A stretch of DNA of 60,064 nt, the filler included, from Sphacelaria rigidula (Eukaryota): the NCBI GenBank assembly GCA_964200075.2. It is 8 parts of 8 records of this genome, joined end to end, with 100 filler letters (N's around TTAATTAATTAA, not from the genome) between each part and the next. Parts side by side here need not be neighbours in the genome. Positions count along the whole stretch, not along the records: positions 7,522 to 14,942 come from CAXNAA020015000.1; positions 15,043 to 22,463 come from CAXNAA020015001.1; positions 22,564 to 29,984 come from CAXNAA020015002.1; 5 more parts are not named here. One strand, written 5' to 3'. The notes below the pieces were generated by a model, which was given only the letters and a program-made list of their open reading frames with translations, was not told where the DNA came from and made no database searches. Positions 12,321-24,351 of the stretch are shown here, piece after piece. How positions within the stretch are numbered: position 1 is the first letter of the stretch; the number at the start of each line of letters is the position of its first letter. A program made the translations under genes and the position numbers.

Positions 12321-12717
12321 GAAAAGACCACTTTATTTTGTCAATTATGCCCTAGCCACGGCCCACACAGAGTTTCAATACACAAACACCAAATGTGAGC
12401 TGGTAAGTGGCCTGCAAAATACTGTTCCGAATTTATTCTGACCCCGTCACTAAACGGCACATTGTACGGCCAATATTTAGAGTTGGACCCTGAAATTTGG
12501 TATGGACAATAAATAGAGCATAATAAAAACAAATACCAGTGCACACCATTTTTTTTTTCTTTCCCATGAGTTAGAAGCAATAATGTCTTCAGGTGCCTGC
12601 AAACTACAAATTCGCTTCTCGGCTGGCCCAGCTTGCATTGCGTCTGTTTGAATTTTTCTCGGCCCGATTTCTTTTCTGTCTCCCACCCTATTTTTGGGTA
12701 GCTAGACCAACTCTCTC

Positions 12718-13163
12718 GGGAGCCGTTCAAAAGTCCTGTTGAAAACTGCCTTTTGTGCCCTTCTCCGTCGTTTTACGCCTGAAAAGAGGGCTAGGTGGAT
12801 GTTGACGCCTTGAAATGACTTGCTCTACTCGTTGAGACCGTTCCAGGGCAACGATGCATTCCCCGCTGGTCGCAGTTTTATTTCTGGCCAAACAAGCTTT
12901 TTCACTAAAAAACAGTCAAGTGAAACAAGAACAGGGGGGAAACTGCTGGTATTTCGATCACCTGACCATCTTTTTTGAAAAAAATGTTTTTGGCCAAAAA
13001 CAACACTGCGGCCAGCGGGAAAAGTAAAGTTGCGTTGGAACGGTCTAAACGAGTAGAGCAAGTCATTCCGAGACGTCAACATCCGCCTAGCCCTCTTTTC
13101 GGGCGTAAATCGATGGAGAAGGGCCCAAAAAGCAGTTTCAACAGGATTTTTTGAACAGTCCCC
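12718..13163. mobile_element. Fold-back MITE, family A (~210-bp arms)
   Basis: The left arm GGGAGCCGTTCAAAAGTCCTGTTGAAAACTGCC... is the imperfect reverse complement of the right arm ...GCAGTTTCAACAGGATTTTTTGAACAGTCCC. Confidence 0.8.
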
Positions 13164-13177
13164 ATTAGAGTTGGCCT

Positions 13178-13370
13178 TAGGTCGTGTCTTAGCATTATTT
13201 TTCGATCGAAAATGTGCTATGGAAACGGAAAACTCCGATCTGATAGGTCGTAATTTCAACCATCGTCGTCCATTTTGAAGATGGTTGAAATCACGACCTA
13301 CCAAATGGGGATTTTTGTTTTCCACCGCACTTCTTCGATCGAGAAATGATGTGCTATGACACGGCCTGGC
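13178..13370. mobile_element. Small fold-back MITE (~190 bp)
   Basis: AGGTCGTGTCTTAGCA...TCGATCGAA...GGTCGTAATTTCAACCATC is mirrored by GATGGTTGAAATCACGACC...TTCGATCGA...TGCTATGACACGGCCT. Confidence 0.7.
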
Positions 13371-15359
13371 CTTAGCCTGTGATCACGGAAGGCGTCCGCA
13401 TCAGATGCGCAGTACAGAGTACTGCGCAGATATCGGAACGGTGATTCTTATAAAGACAACAACATGGGGTTGTGATATTTTCTCGTTTTTGCTGAGATTT
13501 CAACTTGCTCTAACTTTCATTTTTTCTTCGGCATGCCCCGATGCGCAGCATTGCAACTTGTGATATTCGAGTGGTACCGTCTGGAGGGACGATGATTGTA
13601 ATATTTTCAAGTGTGGTTGGTTGTGAAAACTGCTTTCGTACGTGTGTGGTCGTATGTGTCCGGGTGTGCTGTGTGCGTTTTTCTCAGGGGAATCGAGGTA
13701 ACCCTAGTGAAGTGGCTGGTCTGTGGCACCAGGTGGAGGTAGAGAGCAGATGCAAGGATGACGGTCATGTCATGCTCAAGGTGAGAGAGCCTCCCGTCTC
13801 GCTACCCCTCTTATTGCAAGTTCACGTGGCTTTGCCGTTCGCTACTCTGTCTCCTTCTCTTTCTCTATCCCTATCTCTCTGCCTGTCTCTGTCTCTCTGT
13901 CTCTGTCACTGTTGCTGTCTCTTTGCCTATGGCCGTATTTGTGCCACTTTTCCCTTGCTTTCTGTCTGTCTACGTGTTGGCCGTTGTTGTCGCTGCCGTG
14001 GTTGTCGTCGTTGCCTTCGTCGCTGCATCTATTCGTGGTGGGACACATCTAGTCATGTGAGACCATGGCGGATACGTCGTTTTCGTTGCTACTGCTGCTA
14101 CAGCTACCGCACTGGCGCTGCAGATCATCACCGTACTATCTCCGCGCTTGTTTCTCTTGTCTTTCCGTCTTCTTGTCTCTTGTCGCCCTGTCCATTTCTG
14201 TGTCCCCGTCTTCCTTCATCGGCGTCGCTGCCTCTTTCTGGCCTTTCTCTACACCACCCCAGCTCACTGTGTCGTTCTCTCTACTATACTCGTACAGCAG
14301 CGTACAGAGCAGCAAGCAGAATACAGAGAATCAGCAATCGATTTTGACGTAAGACACGAGACATAGTACAGGACCGACAAAAGGCACCGTTTGTGCTGCG
14401 CCTGGGGATGTGTGTTCTGAGGTTTAGTTAGCCGCCAGATAGCACGATATTTCGTTTCAGAGCATAGTTAATTTCCACGGTTCGAACGAATCGTCGCCGG
14501 TTCGAATCGCCAAATACGCTTTTTCTTAGGCCTGACTGCTCGAAAGAGAGAAAAAAAAGCCGATCGCTGGTCAAAAAAGACTCCACGCGAATTTCGCGCC
14601 ATTTCACGTGCCTGGGCTGCGCGTACCTGGGTTGCAACGCTGAAAAGAAAGCCTGAGGATTGATTCGTATGGTACGAATCATATACACTAAAATCAAGTA
14701 ATTTCCAGAGAAGTCATTCATTCATCCGACCGTTGTTAGTTTTGAACGTGGGCCTGAAAGACTTGATAATAATATCTCCACGAGTTCGCGCCTAGCGCCA
14801 CCTGGCATAAGGATATATTTGCCTCAAAAACGAGTAGGTAGTGTCTTGGAGGGATCAATCCATCCCCCCTCCCCCCTTCCCCCCGCCCACTCCTCCGCCA
14901 TGCGTGCGCCCTGTGGAACGGACTAAGAGAAGACAGAAATGANNNNNNNNNNNNNNNNNNNNNNNNNNNNNNNNNNNNNNNNNNNNTTAATTAATTAANN
15001 NNNNNNNNNNNNNNNNNNNNNNNNNNNNNNNNNNNNNNNNNNGTTCCGGCTTTGTAGGGATGCGAGGTCAATGGTCTTGGGACTATTGCATGCATGATCA
15101 TGAGTACATCCCCCCGCCAAAACAAAAGGTGACTGCTTTGGGGAGGTAAAATATACACGTGAGTCCAAATGAAAAAAGCCGAGCACAACGAGCAGCTACG
15201 AATTTCCACGCTTGGGTTCGTTTTCGCCAATGTCGCCCACATCAGTCGCCTCATGCACCCTGAACCCAAACATCAAGCGTTGTATGACCATTTTCTTCGT
15301 GGCACTTTTGAGCTGGTTCGGGGGGGGGGGGGCTATCGTAGAAAGACTCCTCAGTAAAG

Positions 15360-15525
15360 AAAAAACGTGTTGCTACTACTCACGTAAGGGTTTAGACATT
15401 CAACGACGGGAATCAGGTATATCGAAGAAAAACCCCAAACGTATCTTGCAGGAGTCGAACCCAACCCGCCTTCTTTCCACCCTAATGTTGTTGGTCACAC
15501 CGTTATAAGTTAGACCAGCGGGCCG
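15360..15525 (-). mobile_element. tRNA-derived SINE, family B
   Basis: Minus-strand B-box GGTTCGACTCC and a degenerate A-box; similar to 6720-6875. Confidence 0.55.
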
Positions 15526-16166
15526 CGGCAGCCGTGAAGGTGTAATAAGTGCAACACAAGGGGGAAATCAATGCTCTCGTCCGACAGGCAGCCTCTTCAT
15601 TCAACGACCCACGTGTAACATATGCAAAGAAGAAAATCATACACATCGTGAGCTTCGAGATGCATTTTTGACAGAAAAAACACTGATTCCAATCTTACTT
15701 CATCAATTACCGGTTTGTCCCACAAAGCCTTGGCTTCTGACGACGTTCCACCGTCATGCCCCAGGCCATCGCATTGACCAACCAGTTACCCCTACCGTAG
15801 AAATGCATGCCGACTCTAGAAATGAGTTCGAGGAATGACACGCTCCCTGATACCATTGGCTGATGTGATTGATTGATTTTCGCACTTTAACCGACCCCCC
15901 AGGGTCCCAGCCGTGGTCGCATGATAGACTTACCCAATAAAAGCAAAGCTGAAACACTTGCTGAAGAAAAGAAGGAACACAAAAAAATTCGAACAGAAGG
16001 ACATAGTAGACTAAGACGTGGAACAAAAAAGAAAAAAGAAAAAAGAAAAAAGAAGATCAACAAAATCAAAGCACAGAAAGAGATCATGCGCGACGAAATG
16101 AAATTATTCATGTTATATGATGGAAGGCACGCTCCTGATGTTCGTGGGGAGCGTTCTCAATATATT

Positions 16167-16197
<31 letters not shown>

Positions 16198-16249
16198 TTC
16201 TCAGCATCGAGCGCCAGCATTGCTGAAGAGAGTACGAGAGGCTGTGTCA

Positions 16250-19200
16250 TCACAGAGTTTTGTCGAGCAAAACTCTGTCGCCACGGCATGGGCCATCCCA
16301 ATTCACATGCACGATGGACATGGGCGTTCCCGGTGGTGTGCCACTACCTCCCTCGGATGGTGATGCTGCGGCTGCTGCCGCTGCTACTGTGGACCTCTTG
16401 TCTTCAAATCCTTGCAATGGAGCAACCACGGCTTCAGATCCCTCACGTGTCCCTGCTGGGGGTACCAGGTAAACGCCAGAATACTGGGGGGGCTGGGAAC
16501 ACGTACTCTAGTCATTGCGTGGCGTCTTTTCGGAGAAGTAGTCGACACACTTTTCGAGTAAGTTTGACAAAGCCCTCAGAGCTCCAAACGATACAATCCG
16601 CCGAAGGTGAAGCGGGCGAAAGACAAGGCGGAGAAGACACACACGGGGGAAATAATACGGCATCACGAAAGCACCAATAGTGACACGGGCTAATGAAAAT
16701 TAGATGGGGACATGACAAACCTTCAGCATGATCAAAGCAAAATATAGGCGATGGCAAAAATTGCTCTTTGAACAATCATTTGTTGTTTTCGAACTCAGCA
16801 AGCAATGTCGATGACCGGGATGAATGCGCAAGGAGTATCAATGCGTGAACCCCTTGGCCGAGATCGTCTGCGACATGCCTTTAATTCAAGTGAATCGACG
16901 CCGATTCAACAGACGGCCTACCCTCGTGGGTGAAAGGGTTCAAGGGCAGGTCGGGTAGGGCATTTAGTTTTGAATACTCGGGTGAAATGCCCGGGTATTT
17001 ACTCTACCCAACGTTTGGGTAGATTGGGTGCAGCCTCAATACTCTACCCAATTGTTGGGTAGATTGGGTATGACCTCAAATAGTCTACCCAATGTGTTGG
17101 CAGATGAGTACGACCTCAAATAGTCTACCCAACATTGGGTAAGCACTCTCAGCAACACCTGGGTATAGATTATTACTTGGGCATGACTTCAATACTCTAC
17201 CTAATATTGGGCAAGTGCTCTCAGTGATACGTGAGTATAGAGTGTCACTTGAATGTGACCTCAATACTCTACCTAAAATTTGGGTAGATTGGGTATATGA
17301 CCTCAAATACTTTACCCAATATTGGGGGAATCATTTCAGAAAAACTCAGGCATGGAGTACCACTTGGGTATGATGAGTAACCGTGACCGTTGGCGACTTC
17401 GTGACGTCACTTCACAGACTATGCAGAATGTATGGGCGAACGGTGGGCATCAATGAGATGAGTGACGTGACGTCACGTGCTACAATGAGTATGAACGAAG
17501 GGTGGCCATAAAGCACACAAAAAATTGTACAGGTGCATGAACCTACCTGCTCCACCCCTGGCAGTAAATATCCAAACCCTGACTTTATCCTTCGCATCCT
17601 CTTCGACATCAGTTTCAGTATAAACCGCTACCCGTCATCATCGGGCAATCGAATAGACGGGTAGTTGGGTAAGTATTGTAAAAACGAGCGATCCTACAGG
17701 CTGAACATCCGACTCCTCCATGGGAAACCTAGCGGTGGAAACGATGGAAGATATGGGAACACCGCAACAGTCGCGAGAGGGAACAACAGAAAAAAAGCGC
17801 GACGGGGTCAGGGGTAACAGACCTGACCCCAAAACAGGCCCCGGTGGTCCGTGTTGTACAGGCGGTTTGGGTATCTTGGGTACCAACTTGAAAACTAAAG
17901 TTATACCCAAGGTTTTAGTAAGTTGGGCCCGGCCTCAGATACTCTACCCAACGTTTGGGTAGATTGAGTATGACCTCAATACCGTACCCAATTTTTGGGT
18001 ACATTGAGTATGACCTCAATACTCTACTCAATTTTTGGGTACATTGAGCTCGACCTCAAATACTTTACCCAATATTGGGTAAAAAATCTTAGTAATACCT
18101 GGGTATGGATAATCGCTTGGGTACGACCTCAATACTCTACCCAAATTTCTGGTGGATTTGGTACGATTTTTGTACTCTACCCAAATTTTGGGTAGATTGG
18201 GTACGATTTTTATACTCTACCCAAATTATGGGTAGATTGAGTACAACCTCAAATACTCTACCCAATACTGGGTAAGTACGCTCAGTAATACTTGAGTATA
18301 GAGTATCACTTGGGTATGACCTCGAATACTCTGCCCAATTTTTGGGTACATTGGGTACAATCTCAAAAACTCTACTCAGATTTTGGGAACTCAGAGTATG
18401 ACTTTTAAAAAATACGGAGTATTGGGTATACTCTACCCAACCTGCCCTTGAAAGTTGGAGTGATCACATTCGGGGATGTCCATGTGTGAAAATGGCATCA
18501 TTTCTTACTTGACGAAATGAAAATGATGGCGCTTTAACAAGTGGACATCTTCGGTGGTCAAAATGCCAAAACGGCCAAGATCAACCCGACACTACGACAT
18601 AGATGACAGCAATCAGAATTGCAGCAACCAAAAAGGGTGGCCGCAAGCTACGTCTAGTTCACAAAAGAACATAGACGAACGAACAGATAGGCCTGTACAA
18701 CTCATCGAACAGAACGCAGCGCGGAAAGCAATTGCGCTCTAACCCCAAGTTAAAATAAAACGCACGCTGAAGGCAAGCTTCACGTGGTTTGTCAGCGCTC
18801 GATAAATAACAGAAACAGAAATCTCTCTGAAATCAAATAAAGACAAAATGGTGGCCTGTCAGTGCTCGAGAGATGAAAATGCCGTAGGTGTTATGTACAT
18901 CTGGAACGAACGGCGCAACTATTTACCAAACTCTGCGTGCGATGCAAAATTTGTTGAAAAAAAAGCTCGTGCACCACAACGTACCTTTCCTTGCCCTCAG
19001 CTCCGCCCCCCGCCCCTGCCACCACCCGAACTCCACGCAAAGGAGATGATCGTACTACGTAGTGTTCACATGGTGAAACACCTATGAGGCAGTGTGTAAG
19101 CCGTGGTTGTCTCTGGACGTGGCGATACCAGAACATGAAGCAGCCCATTCGAGGCTGTCATCTATATGCAAGATAACCTGGACGCTTTGGGCCGAACAAT

Positions 19201-19850
19201 CCTAGTAGGATGCAGCTCACCCTTCATGCGACTCGCCGAACACACCGCGGCGCTTCGGGCGTGGTGATTGATTGCGAGCCTGGTCCGGCGAAACCCCGGC
19301 TTGCTCCGTCTCGGCTTCGTAGGGATGCGAGGTCAATGGCCATATGGCTATGGCATGCCAGATCATGAGTACACCTCCCCCCCACACCCTCAGCGAGGTC
19401 AATGGTCTGATGACTATGGCATGCATGATCATGAGTACACCCCTACACCCCCCACACACACATACACACACCCCGCGCGCAACGATCCCACTTGCTCCTA
19501 TTTCAAGTTACAAGATAGTATTTCGGAAGAAATCTTACAAGGTGAACCCTCAGCTCCTACCTTGCCATCCCCGCGCGAGCCCAAAAGTTCCCCCACCCTT
19601 GGAAGTTGGTCTTCGAAAAAAAATCTTACTCACCACCAACGTCGCTCCTACCGCTGGCTGGATCCACAGGGCGAGGGACGAAGCCCAGCGATGAGTGGAA
19701 AGCTACGGAGGCCGCATTTCCCGGGTGCGTTACTGCATGCACAAGCGTGCATCCGCGAGCTCTGACAGCCTCAAAAAAATGTCTGTACAGCAGTCTCCCC
19801 AGACCCGCCCCTCTGTGTGCCGGGTCTATCCCTATGAAGTGCGCATGTGC
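16250..19850 (-). CDS. GNAT-family N-acetyltransferase, last two exons (19850-19634 and 16452-16250); 5' exons not found on this contig
   Basis: First exon: AHAHFIGIDPAHRGAGLGRLLYRHFFEAVRARGCTLVHAVTHPGNAASVAFHSSLGF..., containing acetyl-CoA motif A (RGAGLG) and motif B (NxxSxxFHxxLGF), bounded by CAG and GTGAGT. A phase-1 splice leads to a terminal exon ending VHVNWDGPCRGDRVLLDKTL*, which resembles the DYDGPGxDRVxF-type C-terminus I recall for a bacterial GNAT subfamily. Confidence 0.85.
16941..18450. mobile_element. Non-autonomous TIR element (1510 bp) with subterminal arrays of palindromic ~40-bp repeats, inside the GNAT intron
   Basis: TIR CAAGGGCAGGTCGGGTAG / CTACCCAACCTGCCCTTG. Arrays at about 16995-17330 and 17905-18440 with unit TGACCTCAAATACTCTACCCAANNTTGGGTAGATTGGGTA. 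Unique core at about 17390-17880. Confidence 0.85.
19027..19388 (+). repeat. Dispersed repeat family C, ending in GATCATGAGTACAC plus a C/CA-rich tail
   Basis: Inverted copy at 21143-21496; fragments at about 2810-2900, 15043-15118 and 44872-45024. Confidence 0.75.
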
Positions 19851-20021
19851 CTGAGGGTGCATGTGGGATGAAACGTTCGTACCGTGGGGGGAGGGGGCAG
19901 CAAAGCGTGTGCAGGGGAAGGAACTCGTTTGACCGTACACATATAAGGTTAAAGGCTTGTGTACAGAGACAAAAAAGTATATTCATAAAGCTTCGAATAC
20001 AAATTGCGTGAATGCATTCTT

Positions 20022-20498
20022 AGGCCACTTCTTAAAGACTGAAAAAAAAACTCTCTGAGAACTGCCCTTTTGAGCCTTTCATGACGGATTATTGGCGAAA
20101 TACGGGCCTCGACGGATTTGGCCTCCTCGGAAAGAATTGCTCCATGTTCACGAGGATTCTAGCGCACTTTTCCGACTGTTTGTACGCCCAGTTTTACTTA
20201 TGACCGGGTCCTGATTTTTTTCAGTGGCCCCCAAAACCGTCCAGTTATCGGAAAAAATACGTACTTTCCCCCGACAACTCCAAGTTTTTGGGGATGACTG
20301 AAAAAATCAGGATCCGGTCAAAGTAAAATTGGTCGTACAAACAATCGGAAAAGTGTTCTAGAATCCTCGTGAAACATGTAGCAAATCTTTCCGAGGAGGC
20401 CAAATCCGCCAAGGCCCGTATCCCGCCAATGATCCGTCATGAAAGCTTAAAAATGGCAGTTCTCAGATATACTTTTTTCAGTCTGTAAGAAGCGGCTC
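20022..20498. mobile_element. Fold-back MITE (~235-bp arms)
   Basis: GGCCACTTCTTAAAGACTGAAAAAA...GGATTTGGCCTCCTCGGAAAGA is mirrored by TCTTTCCGAGGAGGCCAAATCC...TTTTTTCAGTCTGTAAGAAGCGGCTC. Confidence 0.85.
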
Positions 20499-21142
20499 TG
20501 AACGACGAAAACGTTCTTGCATGTAGAGCCGTTAGTCACGGGACTTTTGTTTTTTCGACTTTTCGACTTTTTCGATTTTTTTCGGATTTTTCCTCCCGAT
20601 TTTTCAGAACGATGATTGCTGAAAGCAAACCTCCAGTGCTACATTTTCTGAGTGATATGAAGCCAGTCTTGAATTGTTCGATTCCTTGACATGATTGAAA
20701 AACCTGCTGTCGCATTTTCCGGGAAAGTGTGTTCCCGAAAAAGTCGGAAAAGTCTAGAAAAACAGTCCTGTTAATAGTAATCACAGAATCGCAAGACTGG
20801 TTCTCTGGTGGGGGTGCACATTTTGTTTCTGAGGCTCTGCACTCCAGGAGTCTCTCGATAGCAAATGTCTTGGCCTTAGTGTGCAGCCTCAGAGATCTTT
20901 TGGACCGGGAAGTGCATCCGTAACGTACTATCATTCCGAATAAGGAATACTGCAGGAGCAGAAAGCATGATGTACCGTTCAGGTAGTTGGACACACTGCA
21001 TCTACTAGGCTCTCCTTCCACGTCAGCTGGTTGGCCATGCACTTTTAGATCCATCCAAACCATGACGTGGAGATGAGCGTAACGCCGCAGGTACAGTAAC
21101 ATGAGTTGTAGATAAGTCACTCAGCCTGCGACTTGCACATGT

Positions 21143-21496
21143 GTGTGGGGGGGTGCACTCATGATCTTGCATGCCACACAACACCATTGACCTCGCATCC
21201 CTGCAAAAGCCGGGACGGAGCGAAACCGGTTTTCGCCGGACCAGGCTCGCAATCAATCACCAACCGAGAAGCGCCGTGGTGTGTCCAGCGAGTCGCATGA
21301 AGGGTGAGCTGCATCCAGCTGAGATTGTTCGGCCCGAAGCGAACTGATTATCTTGCATTTGAATGACAGCCTAAAATGAACTACTTCATTTTCTGGTAGT
21401 GCGACTTCCAGAGACAGCCACGGCTTACCCAGTGCTCCATTGGTATCTCACCATGTGAACACTACGTAGTACGATCATCCCCTTTGCGCGGAATCG
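21143..21496 (-). repeat. Dispersed repeat family C, inverted relative to 19027-19388
   Basis: The reverse complement matches GATGATCGTACTACGTAGTGTTCACATGGTGA...GGATGCAGCTCACCCTTCATGCGACTCGC. Confidence 0.75.
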
Positions 21497-22859
21497 AGGT
21501 TCTCCCACCCTGCACAATCTGATCTAGGTCGAACACCATGATGGTTACCGCAAAACAAACGAAGGCGCGCAAAACAAATCGGTAATCTGGTTGCGTGGTT
21601 TACGCAGTGAGTGGCGTGTTCTACAGCCTCATCACCAGCCGATGCCAACCCCACATGTGTGGGATAGCTACGCGGGATATGGGGATGAAAGTGAAGAGAG
21701 TTCAGGAACCTGGCGGAGTCGAGCTGAGGAAGCCGAGGGCAACACCAGACTTGATGTCGGTGCGGTACACGTTTCCCCAAAACACCCACTGTGCGCGGAC
21801 AGTTCCCGACGTGTGATGCTTGGCGGTGCAGAATCGGCGTACCGAAGCAGTGGGTCTGGTTGGCAACGTGTGTAGGCAAAGGCGGCTGCGTACGTCGAAA
21901 GTGATACGTGCGTGTCTGAAGGTAACATTTCGACCTTTTTTCTCCGTCGGCAGTTCATGGAGCGTGTGAGCTCTGCGAAATAAGATTGGTACAGTAGCGC
22001 AGCATTGGCGGCATTCTCGACATACTTGTTGTGCACAGACTTGTATCATACTGCGGTCCCGAACGGTATACAGCACAGCACGTGAATAACCAACCTCCGC
22101 CGACAAGTGCTTGGAAATCAGAAAAAGGGACCCAATACGTCATCAGTGTTCTGGTTCGCGGGGCATGTGAACGTCCGATTCTTCCGAGCTTGTGATATCT
22201 GTCTTGGGTATGCATCATATTACTGTCCGTGTTTCGCTCATGCAGAAGTTGTGGGCGAGAGTTCCTACCCGAATGGTGGAACTCTTGGATACATCTCGGT
22301 CGCAACCTGCTTTCACGATATTTGCTTCTTATGTTGTTTAGTTTGATTTTGTTCGGCCTCCTTACTTGAAGTCATGTTTGCGGCCGGGGTTTGAGACATC
22401 GTGCTTTTTTTTTTTCTCCGGAGCGTTAGTAGATAGTAGCCTGGCCTATCTCTCGTTTCCTATNNNNNNNNNNNNNNNNNNNNNNNNNNNNNNNNNNNNN
22501 NNNNNNNTTAATTAATTAANNNNNNNNNNNNNNNNNNNNNNNNNNNNNNNNNNNNNNNNNNNNTGATGCGCCCACATATACCGAAAGGGGTAGACTGGCG
22601 CCCGGAATAAATGGGACGACAACACACACACACACCACAGCACGAAAGCGCGGCGAAATACGAAAACATGCGAAGTTAATTCCCCGCGGAGTTGTGCACG
22701 CGCGCACACACACACACACTCCTTCCACCATGTAAGAGGGCACAGGCATGAAGGCGATCGCCTCACAATCCATTCACCGATTCAACGAGACACTCTCGTT
22801 TCACCATGTGCATACCGCACCGCGACGTTTTTTTACGCGCGATGAAGTGACGTTGTGAA

Positions 22860-23719
22860 ATGGGAGCACCGCGAGACAAGCCGGTGCGGCTCGAGATGAG
22901 CCGCGGAGCTGCTCGTGATAGGATGCAGTTATTGCACGAGGCAAAGCCAACGAGTAAGTACAGGGCAATCATCATCGTACCTGGGACCCCTGTTGTTTGT
23001 CTCACTATGTGCCTTTTCAGGTCAGTCGCCGAAAAATATCGGGCGAAACTCTCGAGGACTCGCCGCTGGCAGCGTGAAGTCATGAGCAGCCATACTTTCA
23101 CGACCACCTTTTGGATTGTGTAGGGCACACCTCACTCACTTGCAAGATTTATCGCTAACGGTCTCAATCTCGTGTAAATCACGATCACGACCATACCTTC
23201 AGTTTACAAGAAAACGCCCCAATCTCAGACCCGTGAGGAATTGTCGCTGACATTTATCGACAACACCGGTCATCCTTACAAAACCCGAGTACAACACTCT
23301 AGTCGCCCAGCAACTGCAGTCTGTCCCGAGTGTCACAGGCTTGGGAGTGAATCGTAAGTCCTGCACTTGAACAGCAACGGCCTGGCTATTCAGGCTGCTG
23401 TTTCGTATGCAAACGCGTCGGTCTACCGAGCTCCGAGCGCATTATTTGGCAATCACTGTGGTGTTTAGTGTCACCGACAACAGGATTCTAACAATACACA
23501 ATGCGAAACACGTCCCCTCCTATTTTAGTCGAGACACGCGTCTTGCCATCTCCATTTCAGCGGAAATGTTCAAATCTTTTTTCTTGTTCCAAGAGGTGCA
23601 CAACAGGTCCTTGGAATTTAAATTGTTACAAAGCAAAGGGTTGAGTACGACCTTTGTTTTCTCAAAAGCCTGCAGGCCAAGTTACTCCTAATCCCATCCT
23701 CTGCTGCAAGGGTCTGCAG
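22860..23719 (+). other. Candidate 5' exons of the SAMDC gene (22860/22923-22953, 23303-23353, 23676-23719)
   Basis: GTAAGT donors at 22954 and 23354, GTCAGA donor at 23720, CTGAC branch at 23247, acceptors TAG 23302 and CAG 23675. The phases join without stops into the SAMDC frame (...MQLLHEAKPTIAQQLQSVPSVTGLGVNRQVTPNPILCCKGLQ|LESQLG...). Alternative acceptors exist at 23528, 23560 and 23668. Confidence 0.4.
23566..23691 (+). promoter_or_regulatory. Candidate uORF/ORF1 in the SAMDC leader (41 aa, MFKSFF...SKACRPSYS*)
   Basis: ATG lies just 3' of acceptors at 23528 and 23560 (CTAAC branch at 23488). The ORF ends TAC TCC TAA T, and its +1 frame is the SAMDC frame after the 23719/24373 splice. 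Confidence 0.4.
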
Positions 23720-24083
23720 GTCAGAGTTGGAAAATGTGAGCGATGTGCGCCAGCGCAAATTGTTTCACTGGGGGCTTGCAGCTTGCCGCAATAAAAATGG
23801 GCCGCATATTTTCCGCCGGCGAAAAAAAAAAAATGAGGGCCGTGTATTACATGAAGTGGTATGCCCGGAAGGCATTCCATGCAGGCAAATGCAGAGGTGT
23901 GGAGCAACACCGGACCATTTTGATGCACGCTCATCAATCTTCGGTCGTTTCTTGTTCCATCGTATAATACGTACGATACGCATAGTAAGTAGACTGAAAA
24001 TGAACTATGGACCACCACAATTTGATGGGGTTTGAGGTACCTTGACGGGGAAGAGTATGTTTCACTCCGGCGGCCTATGAGTA

Positions 24084-24119
24084 GGGGGCGGCTTCCGGGG
24101 GGGCCTGCGGGGAGCGGGG
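24084..24119 (+). promoter_or_regulatory. Potential G-quadruplex in the SAMDC 5' intron/leader
   Basis: GGGGG CGGCTTCC GGGGGGG CCTGC GGGG AGC GGGG: four tracts of at least 4 G. Confidence 0.4.
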
Positions 24120-24351
24120 AGCGCATTTCGCCTCCCGGTCCCGCGTGCGCTGAAGCACGTGATGATTCCGAACGCTTTCGAAACTTGCTGAGGTACTCCG
24201 GCAGCAAGTTGTGCAGACAAATACCAGTACACCACGTTTTTTCCGGAACGAAGTCGACCGTTTTTGAACGCGCGACCCCATATTCAAGGACATTGACTGA
24301 TCGATACTACCACTTGATATGTCCGCATGTTTCGTCGTTGTTTTGGGATGC

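Noticed and set aside
13541-14347. 268-aa plus-strand ORF
   Set aside because: Low-complexity CT/GT-rich sequence with a biased Cys/Leu/Ser/Arg translation and no domain; likely spurious.
16995-18440. CRISPR-like array of palindromic repeats
   Set aside because: Units are contiguous and degenerate with no unique spacers, there are no cas genes, the context is a eukaryotic intron, and the array is enclosed by TIRs.
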